From: an uncultured bacterium
Lineage (GTDB): Bacteria > DAOPZR01
Length of the DNA: 38,704 bases
Direction of reading: 5' to 3'
Assembly (NCBI GenBank): GCA_964637655.1
Contig: CAZWUZ010000004.1
Span: forward strand, 1-38,704
A model generated the notes under the pieces. It saw only the letters and a list, made by a program, of their open reading frames with translations, searched no databases and was not told the DNA's origin. Shown here piece by piece: positions 7,504-16,610 of this stretch; the stretch's first letter is position 1; each line of letters opens with the position of its first letter. Both the position numbers and the translations under genes were made by a program.

Positions 7504-7902
7504 TCAGATACTGGTCATGGCATTGATGCGCGATTCAAGTGCGGAAAGGCCGGCAAAAATCTCGTCGAAATCAGGCACCGTACCGAACAGCATTGCCTGC
7601 ATGGTACGATAATCTTGGCGCAGTTCCGCCAGCATCGCAGGTGGCGGCAGCAGCCGGAAACTGCCAGGCACAGCCGACTCATAGCCCGCCCATGGGCAGC
7701 GGTAAAAACGCATTTTGAAGCGCACGACTTCCCGCAGCAGTCCCGGATCCGTCAGCGCGTGCTGGCAGATGGGCGTCCGGTTCAGGCGAAACAGGTCGTA
7801 GTAATGCCGCGAATGGCGCAGCGGTTTCGTCTTGCCCGGCGGGCAGTGCGCCTCCTGGTGCAGGATTGTCGCTTTCTCCCAGAACGTGCGTGCCGCCGCA
7901 AT
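7504..7902 (-). pseudogene. 5'-truncated AbiEii fragment with an open C-terminal third
   Basis: IAAARTFWEKATILHQEAH...SRHYYDL...DPGLLREVVRFK...INAMTSI*; open frame, N-terminal part missing. Confidence 0.85.
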
Positions 7903-7961
7903 CCCACGCTGGTCAAAGATAGCCCTTTCCAGTTATCAATAGTGTCGTACCATGAGCCGCC

Positions 7962-7990
7962 TTGTCATACAGCAGGGTGCGTGGTATACT
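7962..7990 (+). promoter_or_regulatory. Sigma70-like promoter for the PIN operon
   Basis: TTGTCA - 17 bp - TATACT with extended -10 TG. Confidence 0.7.
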
Positions 7991-8023
7991 GTGGCCGGGA
8001 CGATCGAAGACGAGGAGCGAGTT

Positions 8024-8515
8024 ATGCGTCGAATTTTGCGTCGCGCTGCCTATCGTCGTGAACGTATTTATGTCGATACTTCCGTCATCGGCGGTTGTTG
8101 TGATCCGGAGTTTCGCGAATGGTCAAATGCGCTGCTGCGGGATTTCCGGCACGGGGTTTACGCTTTGCTGGTTTCCGAACTGGTAGCAGCGGAAATTGCT
8201 GATGCCCCCGATGAAATACACATGGTTTACGCCCGTTTTTTGGAGAGTCCGCACCTCAGGATTCTGCCCATCACTCCTGAAGCGCAGGAACTGGCGGGAA
8301 AATACCTCCAACGGAAGATTGTCACGCCGAAATATTCAGATGATGCATTGCATATCGCTTTAGCCACCACTGCCGGGGCTGACATGGTGGTCAGTTGGAA
8401 TTTCCGGCATATCGTCCATTTTGATAAGATTCGGGCTTTCAATGCGGTCAATCAGGCCGCTGGTATGAAGCAGATAATGATTCATTCACCGCGAGAGGTG
8501 GCGAAAAATGGTTAA
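8024..8515 (+). CDS. PIN-domain (VapC-like) ribonuclease toxin (163 aa)
   Basis: IYVDTSVIGG...E...DDALHIALAT...VVSWNFRHIV; SD GAGGAG before ATG 8024. Confidence 0.88.
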   Translation: MRRILRRAAYRRERIYVDTSVIGGCCDPEFREWSNALLRDFRHGVYALLVSELVAAEIADAPDEIHMVYARFLESPHLRILPITPEAQELAGKYLQRKIVTPKYSDDALHIALATTAGADMVVSWNFRHIVHFDKIRAFNAVNQAAGMKQIMIHSPREVAKNG

Positions 8516-8663
8516 TATCATGGCAACCGTAAGAAAGATACGAGATCGCAATTACGCGCGCCTGAAAAAAGCCTCGCCCGGCGAGAAAATCATGGACGTC
8601 AGGAGCAAGGCGGAGGCCCTTCACAAGAAACTTGGTCTGCGCAAACGTCGCCTGGCCAGTTAG
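8508..8663 (+). CDS. Small basic protein (51 aa), probable antitoxin partner of the PIN gene; not in the ORF track
   Basis: MVNIMATVRKIRDRNYARLKKASPGEKIMDVRSKAEALHKKLGLRKRRLAS; SD GAGGTG; overlaps the PIN stop. Confidence 0.65.
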   Translation: MVNIMATVRKIRDRNYARLKKASPGEKIMDVRSKAEALHKKLGLRKRRLAS

Positions 8664-8842
8664 CGCTTCTTCTGTGGCGTCAGCGGAATTTCACCTTTTC
8701 CGGGGCGCTGGCAATCTGCTCACCGTCGCATAATTTGTCATATCACGGTCCAAAAACAGGATCAAATATTTGCGACTGCATTTCCACGGCGCGCAAATAA
8801 GTGTGGGCGATTTTCGCCACCATCGCTGCTGTGCGTGGCGCC

Positions 8843-9432
8843 CCGCTCTTTCCGGAAGCGGTCTGCACTCGCTGAATAGCTACTGCGCATCTGCGATTAT
8901 GTCGACCATGCCGTGCCGATGCTGCGCCGGATGTTCACCCGGCGTGAGCGCGGCTATCGCGCGCTTGGCTACCGGTCTGACAGCGCTGCCGAACCCTCGC
9001 TTTTCTGAATAATTGCTGGAGTTTCTGCTGCTTCAGATACTGATCATGGCATTGATGCGCGATTCAAGTGCGGAGAGGCCGGCAATGATCTCGTCGAAAT
9101 CAGGCACCGTGCCGAACAGCATTGCCTGCATGGTACGATAATCCTGGCGCAGTTCTGTCAGCGTCGGAGGTGGCGGCAGCAGACAGAAACTTCCGGGCAC
9201 AGCCGACTCATATTCTGCCCAGGAGCAGCGGTAGAAACGCATCTTGAAGCGCACGACCTCGCGCAGTCATTCCGGATCGGTTAGCGCGTGCTGGCAGATT
9301 GGCGTCCGGCTCAAGCGAAACAGGTCGTAGTAGTGCCGCGATTGGCGCAGCGGTTTCGCCTTGCCCGGCGGGCGGTGCGCCTCCTGGTGCAGGATTGTCG
9401 CTTTCTCCCAGAACGTGCGTGCCGCCGCAATC
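8843..9432. repeat. Direct repeat B
   Basis: Homologous to 7317-7903. Confidence 0.9.
8883..9008 (+). pseudogene. Helicase C-terminal relic, copy B
   Basis: LRICDYVDHAVPMLRRMFTRRERGYRALGYRSDSAAEPSLF*. Confidence 0.6.
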
Positions 9433-10031
9433 GTCCGGACCATCGTTTGGGGCACGCGGAACACGTGCGGAAAATGTGCCGCGGCATACGGACTGATTGC
9501 TTTTTCCTCGTTCGGCACCCAGGCCGCCAGCGGGCCGATTTCCAGGCGTATCTGCGGCTGGATTGCCATCAGCGAGAAGGCGCGCGGATAATGCACCAGC
9601 ACGTCCTGCCCTTCGGTACTTATACCAACCGGCATGCCGGCGCGCGCGGACAGGTCCTGCTGCAGTTTTCCGGCAAACTCGCTCTGCAAATACTGGGTAG
9701 CGCGCTGATTGGCGGCCTTGTTCCAGATATCCTGCTGTGTCGCGCTGCGGTCCGCCCACGCCTCCTGCTTTGAACAGCCCAGCACACGCCAGTCGAGAAT
9801 CAGATCAATGTCCTCGGAAAAACGTTCGATGGCGGCAAATGCCTTGGACAGGCTCGTACCGCCCTTGAATGCCATCTGTGCATGCCACGGGCTGTCATGA
9901 AACAGGTAATCAAGCACCCAGCACACCCAAAAATCCTTTTCGACTATCGCTTCGTGCACGCGCATGGCCTGCGCGGCGGCGCGAAACACTTCGCCCCTTT
10001 CACGCTCCGGCCGGCAGGCAAAATCACGCAT
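9033..10031 (-). pseudogene. AbiEii/AbiGii-family nucleotidyltransferase toxin interrupted by an in-frame TGA at 9267-9269
   Basis: IVEKDFWV, FKGGTSLSK, RFSEDIDL, RTFWEK, SRHYYD motifs; the frame continues after the stop (DPE*LREVVRFK); the paralogous fragment has Leu at this position. Confidence 0.85.
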
Positions 10032-10674
10032 GCCGCTGACGCCGTTCGGGTGCACTCTCGGTCAGTTGCCGGACAGTTTCATGTACCCAGGCCGTCACGT
10101 AACCGGTTTCAGTCGCAGCCCGGGCAAGGTCCCCAGCTTTGAATCGCTTGCGCAGTTGCGCACGTGTCGATTGGTCAAGCCGTTCCCGGCCAAGCGCCTT
10201 GATTGCCTGTACCAGCACAGCAGTGGCCGGCGAGAGTTTTGCCGTTTCACGATTAGCCCGATGCAGAAACAGAATTGTGCCGCCAGCCCACTCGTATTTT
10301 CTGGTCGGTCCGTTACTGACATAGCGCCACTGCGACGGCACCTGTTCGGACAGGCCTAGCAGGTTCAACGCCGCTTCACCGGCCGGGGTGATGGTCCAGC
10401 CGTACTCACGCGCGATAGCCCGGGCAATGGCATCCGGATCCGGCGCCACCCATGTGCCCAGCAGTTTGCTGTACCGTGGATAGTCATACACGCCGTGCCG
10501 GATGCGGCGAATCGTGCCCTTCTCTGCGAGACGGCTCAGCACTTTCCGCACCGCCACGTTTCCGCCAAGACCGGAAAAATCTTTGGCCGTGAACACACGT
10601 TTACCACCGCTGCCGCGCATGATTTTTATCACTTTATCATTCAGTGAGTTATCGTGTGTTCTTCTACCGTTCAT
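10024..10674 (-). CDS. DUF6088-family AbiEi-like type IV antitoxin/regulator (216 aa)
   Basis: VFTAKDF...VRKVLSRL...GTIRRIRHGVY...GEAALNLLGLSEQVP; overlaps the AbiEii start. Confidence 0.85.
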   Translation of the reverse strand: MNGRRTHDNSLNDKVIKIMRGSGGKRVFTAKDFSGLGGNVAVRKVLSRLAEKGTIRRIRHGVYDYPRYSKLLGTWVAPDPDAIARAIAREYGWTITPAGEAALNLLGLSEQVPSQWRYVSNGPTRKYEWAGGTILFLHRANRETAKLSPATAVLVQAIKALGRERLDQSTRAQLRKRFKAGDLARAATETGYVTAWVHETVRQLTESAPERRQRHA

Positions 10675-10710
10675 GTCACATAGATTAGTACTTATGTGTG
10701 ACATTGTCAA
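10673..10710 (-). promoter_or_regulatory. Promoter with overlapping inverted-repeat operator; leaderless geometry
   Basis: TTGACA (10710-10705) - 17 bp - TAATCT (10687-10682); inverted repeat ATGTCACA (10673-80) / TGTGACAT (10697-704). Confidence 0.65.
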
Positions 10711-10742
10711 TGGCAATATACAGAACTCCCGTGGACCGTGGC

Positions 10743-10783
10743 AACAAAAACGAGAAGCCGCCTCCTCTGTTGAGAAAGCGGCT
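10743..10783 (-). terminator. Probable intrinsic terminator after the tRNA
   Basis: RNA AGCCGCUUUCUC-AACA-GAGGAGGCGGCU followed by UCUCGUUUUUGUU. Confidence 0.55.
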
Positions 10784-10797
10784 GTTCGAGTCCTAAA

Positions 10798-10872
10798 TGG
10801 CTCCCCGAGCTGGACTCGAACCAGCAACCCTTGGATTAACAGTCCAATGCTCTACCATTGAGCTATCGGGGA
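10798..10872 (-). tRNA. tRNA-Asn (GTT)
   Basis: TCCCCGATAGCTCAATGGTAGAGCATTGGACTGTTAATCCAAGGGTTGCTGGTTCGAGTCCAGCTCGGGGAGCCA; full cloverleaf with encoded CCA. Confidence 0.97.
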
Positions 10873-10943
10873 ATAGGTGGGTTGTCAATACACTGCCTGC
10901 AACGGCAGAACGATACTACAAAAAAGACCCGGTTGTCAAGTTT

Positions 10944-10977
10944 CCCTCACCCTGCCCTCTCCCTGAGGGAGAGGGGG
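10944..10977. repeat. REP-like CCCTCTCCC/GGGAGAGGG palindrome
   Basis: ccctcaccctgccctctccctgagggagaggggg; relatives at 33651-33760. Confidence 0.65.
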
Positions 10978-10978
10978 A

Positions 10979-13135
10979 TCAGGAGGCCTGCTTGATGCTC
11001 AGGGATATGCGCTTGCGGTCGAGGTCGACCTCGAGCACCTTCACTTTGACCCGCTGGCCGACCTTGATGACGTCGCGCGGGTCCTTGACGAACTTTTTGG
11101 CCAACTGCGAGACGTGTACCAGCCCGTCCTGGTGGACCCCGACATCGACAAAGGCGCCGAAATTGGCGACGTTGGTGACCACGCCATCGAGGAGCATGCC
11201 GGCGGCCAGATGCTCCAGTTCCGTGACCCCCTCCTTGAACTGCACGGCCTCGAACTGTTCGCGCGGATCGCGGCCCGGCTTCTTCTGTTCCGCCACGATA
11301 TCCTGCAGCGTGGGGAGCCCGACATCGCCGTTGACATACTTTTTCAGGTTGAGTTGCGCGAGCAGCGGTTCGTTGCCGATGAGCTGCGCGACATCAACCC
11401 CGTTGTCGGCGGCAATCGTTTCCACCAGCGCGTAGCGCTCGGGATGCACGGCGGAATTGTCGAGCGGATGCTCGGCATCGCGGATACGCAGAAAGCCCGC
11501 CGCCTGCTCGTAGGCCTTGGGCCCGAAACGCGTCACCTTGAGCAGCTGTTTGCGGCTCCTGAACGCGCCTTCCTTGTCGCGATGTGCGACGATGTTCTTC
11601 GCCTGCGTCTCGGAGAGCCCGGCCACGTACGACAGCAGCGCCCACGAGGCGGTGTTGAGATCAACCCCGACGTAGTTGACGCATGACTCGACGGTCTCCC
11701 AGAGTGAATCGCGCAGCTTCACCTGGCTAACGTCGTGCTGGTACTGCCCGACCCCGATCGACTTCGGGTCGATCTTGACCAGTTCAGCCAGCGGATCCTG
11801 CAGGCGGCGGGCGATGCTCACCGCCCCGCGCACGGTAACATCCTTGGCCGGAAATTCCTCGCGCGCGAGAGCGGAGGCGGAATAGACCGAGGCGCCCGCC
11901 TCGCTGACCACCACCACGGTCAGGTTCAGTTCGGGATGGCGCTGTGCGATGCCGCGCAGCAGCTGTTCCGTCTCGCGCGACGCAGTGCCGTTGCCGATGG
12001 CGACCAGTTCCACCTTGTGTTGTTTCGCCAGCGCCACGATGGTCTTCTCCGCCCCCGCCGTATCGCGCCGCGGCTCATGCGGGTAGATGACGGTGTCAGC
12101 GAGGAGTTTTCCCGTCGCATCGACCACCACCACCTTGCAGCCCGTGCGCAGTCCCGGATCGACCCCCATGGTGACGCGCGCGCCCGCCGGTGGCGCAAGG
12201 AGCAGCTGGCGCGCATTCTCGGCAAAGACATGAATCGCCTCGACATCGGCGCGTTCCTTGACCGCGACGCGCGCCTCGACACCAAGCGAGAGCTGCAGGT
12301 AGACGATATAGGCAAAACGCAGACAGTCGCGGATGTAGCCCGCCTGCGCCAGCGTCGCGCTCTTCAGGAAACGCTTCTCCAGCCAGTTGAGGATGAGTTC
12401 GTCAGGAGCGATGATACGCGCCTGCAGCACCTCCTCCTTCTCGCCGCGCAGGATGGCGAGGTAGCGGTGCGAAGGGATAGCCTTGAGCGGCTCCTTGAAC
12501 TCGTAGTACTGGCTGAACTTGGTCTTCTCGTTCTTCTTTTCCGGAAGCACCTCGGAAACAAAGACACCGTTGGTGAGGATCTGGCGGCGGATGTACTGGC
12601 GCACCTCGGCATCGTCGGCAACCAGTTCAGCAATGATGAATTTCGCCCCGTCGAGCGCGGCGGCGACATCAGGGACGTCCGCCTCCGCATTCACATAGCC
12701 GGCAGCAGCCGCCTCGGGCGACACATCCTGCTGCTGTTCCCAGAGGAGCAGGGCAAGCGGCTCGAGCCCGCGTTCCTTCGCCACCATCCCCTTGGTCTTG
12801 CGTTTCGGCTTGTAGGGGAGGTAGAGGTCTTCCAGTTCCTGCTTGACGGTGCAGGCGAGTATTTTCGCCTTCAGTTCGTCGGTCAGCTTGCCCTGTTCCT
12901 CGATGCTGCGCAGGACGGTATCGCGGCGCTCGTCGAGTTCCTTGAGGTAGGCGGCACGGTCGCGGATGTCACGGATCTGCACCTCGTCAAGTTCGCCGGT
13001 CTGCTCCTTGCGGTAGCGGGCGATGAAGGGGATGGTCCCCCCCTCGTCGAAGAGCGCGAGCGTATTCTTCACCTGGGCGGGCCTGAGCGACAACTCGCCC
13101 GCCACCAGGGCGACAACCTGTTCCTGAGTCAGCAT
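10979..13135 (-). CDS. tex: Tex transcriptional accessory RNA-binding protein
   Basis: TIPFIARYRKE, GVDPGLRTGCK, SEAGASVYSAS, IGVGQYQHDV, C-terminal S1 domain. Confidence 0.95.
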   Translation of the reverse strand: MLTQEQVVALVAGELSLRPAQVKNTLALFDEGGTIPFIARYRKEQTGELDEVQIRDIRDRAAYLKELDERRDTVLRSIEEQGKLTDELKAKILACTVKQELEDLYLPYKPKRKTKGMVAKERGLEPLALLLWEQQQDVSPEAAAAGYVNAEADVPDVAAALDGAKFIIAELVADDAEVRQYIRRQILTNGVFVSEVLPEKKNEKTKFSQYYEFKEPLKAIPSHRYLAILRGEKEEVLQARIIAPDELILNWLEKRFLKSATLAQAGYIRDCLRFAYIVYLQLSLGVEARVAVKERADVEAIHVFAENARQLLLAPPAGARVTMGVDPGLRTGCKVVVVDATGKLLADTVIYPHEPRRDTAGAEKTIVALAKQHKVELVAIGNGTASRETEQLLRGIAQRHPELNLTVVVVSEAGASVYSASALAREEFPAKDVTVRGAVSIARRLQDPLAELVKIDPKSIGVGQYQHDVSQVKLRDSLWETVESCVNYVGVDLNTASWALLSYVAGLSETQAKNIVAHRDKEGAFRSRKQLLKVTRFGPKAYEQAAGFLRIRDAEHPLDNSAVHPERYALVETIAADNGVDVAQLIGNEPLLAQLNLKKYVNGDVGLPTLQDIVAEQKKPGRDPREQFEAVQFKEGVTELEHLAAGMLLDGVVTNVANFGAFVDVGVHQDGLVHVSQLAKKFVKDPRDVIKVGQRVKVKVLEVDLDRKRISLSIKQAS

Positions 13136-13196
13136 GCCATTCCCCTCCCGAGGAATGCACTGAAATACCACATAACCCACACATGATGCAACTGCG

Positions 13197-13436
13197 TTTC
13201 ACCACAGAGCACACAGAGCACACAGAGAAAGAAGATACACCTGGTGGATGAGCTCTTGCGGGCAAAGACATTCACCACGGCACACGGAGTACACGGAAAA
13301 TATCGGACAGATATTATGGGACTGGCCCTGCGGGCAGAGACGATGACGGATTACCGCATACCTGCAGCAGTCGCAGGCTTCACCCTGCGGCTGCCACAAC
13401 ATGGCTGGATCCCCGATTACACACTTCGGGGATGAC
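13197..13436. repeat. Intergenic repeat mosaic (9-bp CACAC[A/G]GAG units plus REP-like hairpins)
   Basis: Units at 13197-13230 and 13271-13300; hairpins at 13366-13394 and 13406-13436. Confidence 0.75.
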
Positions 13437-13448
13437 CGGCAAATGCGG

Positions 13449-14264
13449 TCAGCGCAGGGAGCGCAGCGGACGGCCTGTCCCTCCCGATTTGACCATGATG
13501 ATCTCCGCCATAATGCTGATGGCGATCTCGGCGGGGGAATCGTCCCCGAGGTCGAGCCCGATGGGGGAGTAGAGGCGCGGATCGTTCACCTTCACCCTTT
13601 TCTTCCGCAGGCGCCTGAGCACGTCGGCAACCTTGGTGCGGCTGCCGATCATGCCGATGTAACCGGCGCGGGTGGCCAACGCCACCTGCAGGCAGTACTC
13701 GTCATGCTTGTGCCCGTAGGTGACGATGACGATGGCGGTGCCGGCATCAACAGGAAGCGTCGCGAGAAGTTTTGCGAAGTCCCCCTTGAGGCGGCGTTCC
13801 GCCTGCGGGAAGAGGCGGGGCGCGACAAACGCGGCGCGGTTGTCGATAACCCAGAAGGGCATATCGGCAGCGGCGGCAACCTTCGCCAGCGCCTGCGCCA
13901 CGTGCCCGCCGCCGCAGCAGACGATCTTCGGTCGGTTGATGAACGGCTCGAAGAGCACCTCGGCGCTGCCGCCGCAGACCATGCCGGTTTCGACCGCAAC
14001 ACGTGTGCCGCGCGTTTTCCCGGTGGAGAGTTTGTAGGTGAGCTTGCGCGACTCACCGCCGTGTTCGAGCAGCGCCGCCGCGTCGCGGATGACGAGTTTT
14101 TCCAGCGCGCCGCCGCCGATGGTGCCGGCGATGGTGCGGTCGGGGAAGACGAGCATGCGCGTTCCCGCCTTGCGCGGCGATGAGCCGTCGACCGCGACGA
14201 GGGTGGCCAGGCAGAAAGGTTTCCCTTCCTCCTGCAGGCGCAGCATCTGTTTCAGGATGTCCAT
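13449..14264 (-). CDS. XdhC/CoxI-family accessory protein
   Basis: GSSPRKAG, GTIGGGALE, GMVCGG, GGGHVA, YIGMIGS, PIGLDLG..PAEIAISI. Confidence 0.9.
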   Translation of the reverse strand: MDILKQMLRLQEEGKPFCLATLVAVDGSSPRKAGTRMLVFPDRTIAGTIGGGALEKLVIRDAAALLEHGGESRKLTYKLSTGKTRGTRVAVETGMVCGGSAEVLFEPFINRPKIVCCGGGHVAQALAKVAAAADMPFWVIDNRAAFVAPRLFPQAERRLKGDFAKLLATLPVDAGTAIVIVTYGHKHDEYCLQVALATRAGYIGMIGSRTKVADVLRRLRKKRVKVNDPRLYSPIGLDLGDDSPAEIAISIMAEIIMVKSGGTGRPLRSLR

Positions 14265-14346
14265 GGCAGCCTCCGTCCTGATGGTAGCAGCGGGTGGCGT
14301 CGCGGTCAACTTTGACACCAACGGCAGACAACGGTATCATGACGGT

Positions 14347-14892
14347 ATGGACGGAAAGCAGCCCGTACTCCGGGCGGGTTTCCTCGCGAGCGTCGGCGCC
14401 ATCTACAGTGCCTGCATCGTCAGCTGGTGCTGGTACCTCGAAAGCATCGGCGAAACGTGGGACGGCATCGCTATATCGGCCATCGCCTCCCCGGCAATCA
14501 TCATCATCATGTTCCGCTGGGTACTCACGCGCATGCGCGGCACGATGCCGGAACGCGAGCAGCAGGCGTACGCACACGCGGAAGAGTCGATCGCGTTCCG
14601 TCTCTTTGCGACAATCATGCCGCACGCACCGGCGCGCACCCTGACGCAGCGGCTCGTTTTTTTCGAATACCCGCTGTCATGGATTTTTTTCATCATCACG
14701 CTGGTCGGACTGGCAGCACTGATTGGCGGCGTGCGCAATGACCCGACCATCCTCGTTTTCATCCCCTGGGCGGTTATCTGGTGCAAGCCGCTGGAATCGC
14801 TGCTGCTGGCACAGGCAAGCCCGGCAACGTCATTTATCGGGCGACTGCTGCTCAGCGGCATCGTCTTCGCCCTGACAGCCGTCCTCGCTTGA
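14347..14892 (+). CDS. Hypothetical membrane protein
   Basis: About 5 hydrophobic segments; TTGACA-17-TATCAT ends 6 nt before the ATG. Confidence 0.6.
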   Translation: MDGKQPVLRAGFLASVGAIYSACIVSWCWYLESIGETWDGIAISAIASPAIIIIMFRWVLTRMRGTMPEREQQAYAHAEESIAFRLFATIMPHAPARTLTQRLVFFEYPLSWIFFIITLVGLAALIGGVRNDPTILVFIPWAVIWCKPLESLLLAQASPATSFIGRLLLSGIVFALTAVLA

Positions 14893-14923
14893 TTTTTCAC
14901 CCGCTGCGGAGTATATTCACCAC

Positions 14924-16057
14924 ATGAGCTCTCTCGTGTGGGTCGAACTCGACAAAGATGCCCCCGCGCACAACGTTCGCGAACTCAAGAAGGGGGCGGC
15001 AAAGGGCGCGCAGTTCTGCGCCGTGGTCAAATCGAACGCCTACGGGCACGGCGTAAAGGAATTCGTGCAACTCCTCGGCGACGAGCCCGACTGGCTGGCG
15101 GTCAACTCGCTCGAGGAAGGGCTGGAACTGCGCTCCTGCGGGGTGACGAAGCCGGTCATCCTGCTCGGGCATGTGCCGCTGGCGCGCGTCGGCGAGGCGG
15201 TGGCCGCGGACCTGCGCCTGGTGGTCTACAACCGCGAGAGCATCACCGCGCTCGGCGCGGCGGCCACGGCGGACAAGCCGGCACGCGTGCATGTCAAGGT
15301 GGAGACGGGCACGGGACGGCAGGGGGTGATGCCGCGCGATCTGGACGCCTTTGCCGGACTGATCACCACGACGCCGCACGTCGTGTTCGAAGGGCTGTCG
15401 ACGCATTACGCCAACATTGAGGACACGCTCTCCCACGACTACGCGGAGAAACAGATCGCCGAGTTCAACGCGGCGCTGCAGCTGCTGCACGGGCGCGGCA
15501 TCCATCCGCCCGTGGTGCACACCGCCTGCACGGCCGCGAGCATCCTTTTCCCGGAAACGCATTACACGCTGCTGCGCTCGGGCATCGGTTTGTACGGCCT
15601 GTGGCCGTCGCGGGAAACGCTGCAGATGGCGCAGGTGGGACGGCAGTTCATCCCCGACCTGCGGCGCGTGCTCTCATGGCGCACGCAAGTGGTGCAGGTC
15701 AAGGAACTCCCGGAAGGAAGTTTTATCGGTTACGGCTGCACCTACAAAACGGCGCGGGCGACCAAAGTCGCCATCCTCCCGGTCGGCTATGCCGACGGCT
15801 ACAGCCGCGCGCTGGGCAACCGCGCCTATGTGCTTATCCGCGGGAAGCGGGCGCCGGTGATCGGGCGCGTCTGCATGAACCTGGTGATCACCGACGTGAC
15901 GGACATCCCCGGGGTGCAGCTGGAAGATGTGGTCACCCTGCTCGGCAGCGACGGCAGCGAGCGCATCAGTGCGGAACTGATGGCCGAGTGGGCGGGGACA
16001 ATCAACTACGAAGTGGTCACGCGCATCAGTTCGTTCCTCGAGCGACATATCATCTGA
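14924..16057 (+). CDS. alr: Alanine racemase
   Basis: AVVKSNAYGHG (PLP lysine), GYADG, GRVCMN, GTINYEVVT. Confidence 0.95.
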   Translation: MSSLVWVELDKDAPAHNVRELKKGAAKGAQFCAVVKSNAYGHGVKEFVQLLGDEPDWLAVNSLEEGLELRSCGVTKPVILLGHVPLARVGEAVAADLRLVVYNRESITALGAAATADKPARVHVKVETGTGRQGVMPRDLDAFAGLITTTPHVVFEGLSTHYANIEDTLSHDYAEKQIAEFNAALQLLHGRGIHPPVVHTACTAASILFPETHYTLLRSGIGLYGLWPSRETLQMAQVGRQFIPDLRRVLSWRTQVVQVKELPEGSFIGYGCTYKTARATKVAILPVGYADGYSRALGNRAYVLIRGKRAPVIGRVCMNLVITDVTDIPGVQLEDVVTLLGSDGSERISAELMAEWAGTINYEVVTRISSFLERHII

Positions 16058-16069
16058 TCCGCCAGCACC

Positions 16070-16558
16070 ATGTCTGACACCTTCACCGTGCGGGTCAACC
16101 GCCTGTTGCTGCTCTTCCTGGCGGGAATCGGTTTGCTCTTCGTTACGGCGGGATTCTTTCTCATTCCGACCCTGCTTGGGGCACTGCTTTTCTGGCTGCT
16201 CGGCGGCGTGATTGCGGCGCAATGCCTGTGGTATGTGCTTTTCCCGCCGGTACTGCTGCATTTTTCTCCCGCAGGAGTGTCATTCGGCACCGGGTTCAGG
16301 TATGCGCCGTACACCATACCGTGGACACAGGTGGAATCGGTCGGCGGCGGCATCAACCTGAGCATGACGGCGCATCGTGAACTGTTCGCCGGAGCGCAGA
16401 TCGTGTTCAAGGAGGCGCCCGGCGTGCCTGCGGGCCTGGCGACCAGCGCGGGCGTATCATATATGTTCCACCGGCTGACCATACACTGGATGTATGCGAA
16501 CCGGTTTCCCTGGACCATCGTAGCCACTGGCAAGAAGTTCTTCGAACAGTACCGCTAA
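16070..16558 (+). CDS. Hypothetical membrane protein
   Basis: 162 aa with two N-terminal TM segments; follows alr. Confidence 0.65.
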   Translation: MSDTFTVRVNRLLLLFLAGIGLLFVTAGFFLIPTLLGALLFWLLGGVIAAQCLWYVLFPPVLLHFSPAGVSFGTGFRYAPYTIPWTQVESVGGGINLSMTAHRELFAGAQIVFKEAPGVPAGLATSAGVSYMFHRLTIHWMYANRFPWTIVATGKKFFEQYR

Positions 16559-16610
16559 ATCCTGAAAGTGTGCCCCCATTTATCGAAATTAGTATTGTGT
16601 CCCCGAATTA

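Larger units (their letters stand above)
7317..7903. repeat. Direct repeat A (~590 bp), diverged copy of 8843-9432
   Basis: Aligns by eye end to end; the last 58 bp (7846-7903 vs 9375-9432) are identical. Confidence 0.9.
1..10797. mobile_element. Accessory/defence island abutting the tRNA-Asn 3' end; left boundary outside the window
   Basis: Visibly lower GC than the right part; TA genes, RNA repair genes, gene relics and direct repeats; flanked by a tRNA 3' end; no integrase in the window. Confidence 0.55.

Noticed and set aside
9267-9269. TGA as selenocysteine or a recoded sense codon
   Set aside because: It aligns to Leu in the paralog, not Cys, Trp or Gly, and TGA is a normal stop for hen1, alr and others here
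10711-10797. Integrase or attL/attR duplication next to the tRNA
   Set aside because: No recombinase ORF and no direct repeat of the tRNA 3' end seen in the window
10675-10827. N-terminal extension of the DUF6088 ORF
   Set aside because: It runs through the promoter, terminator and tRNA
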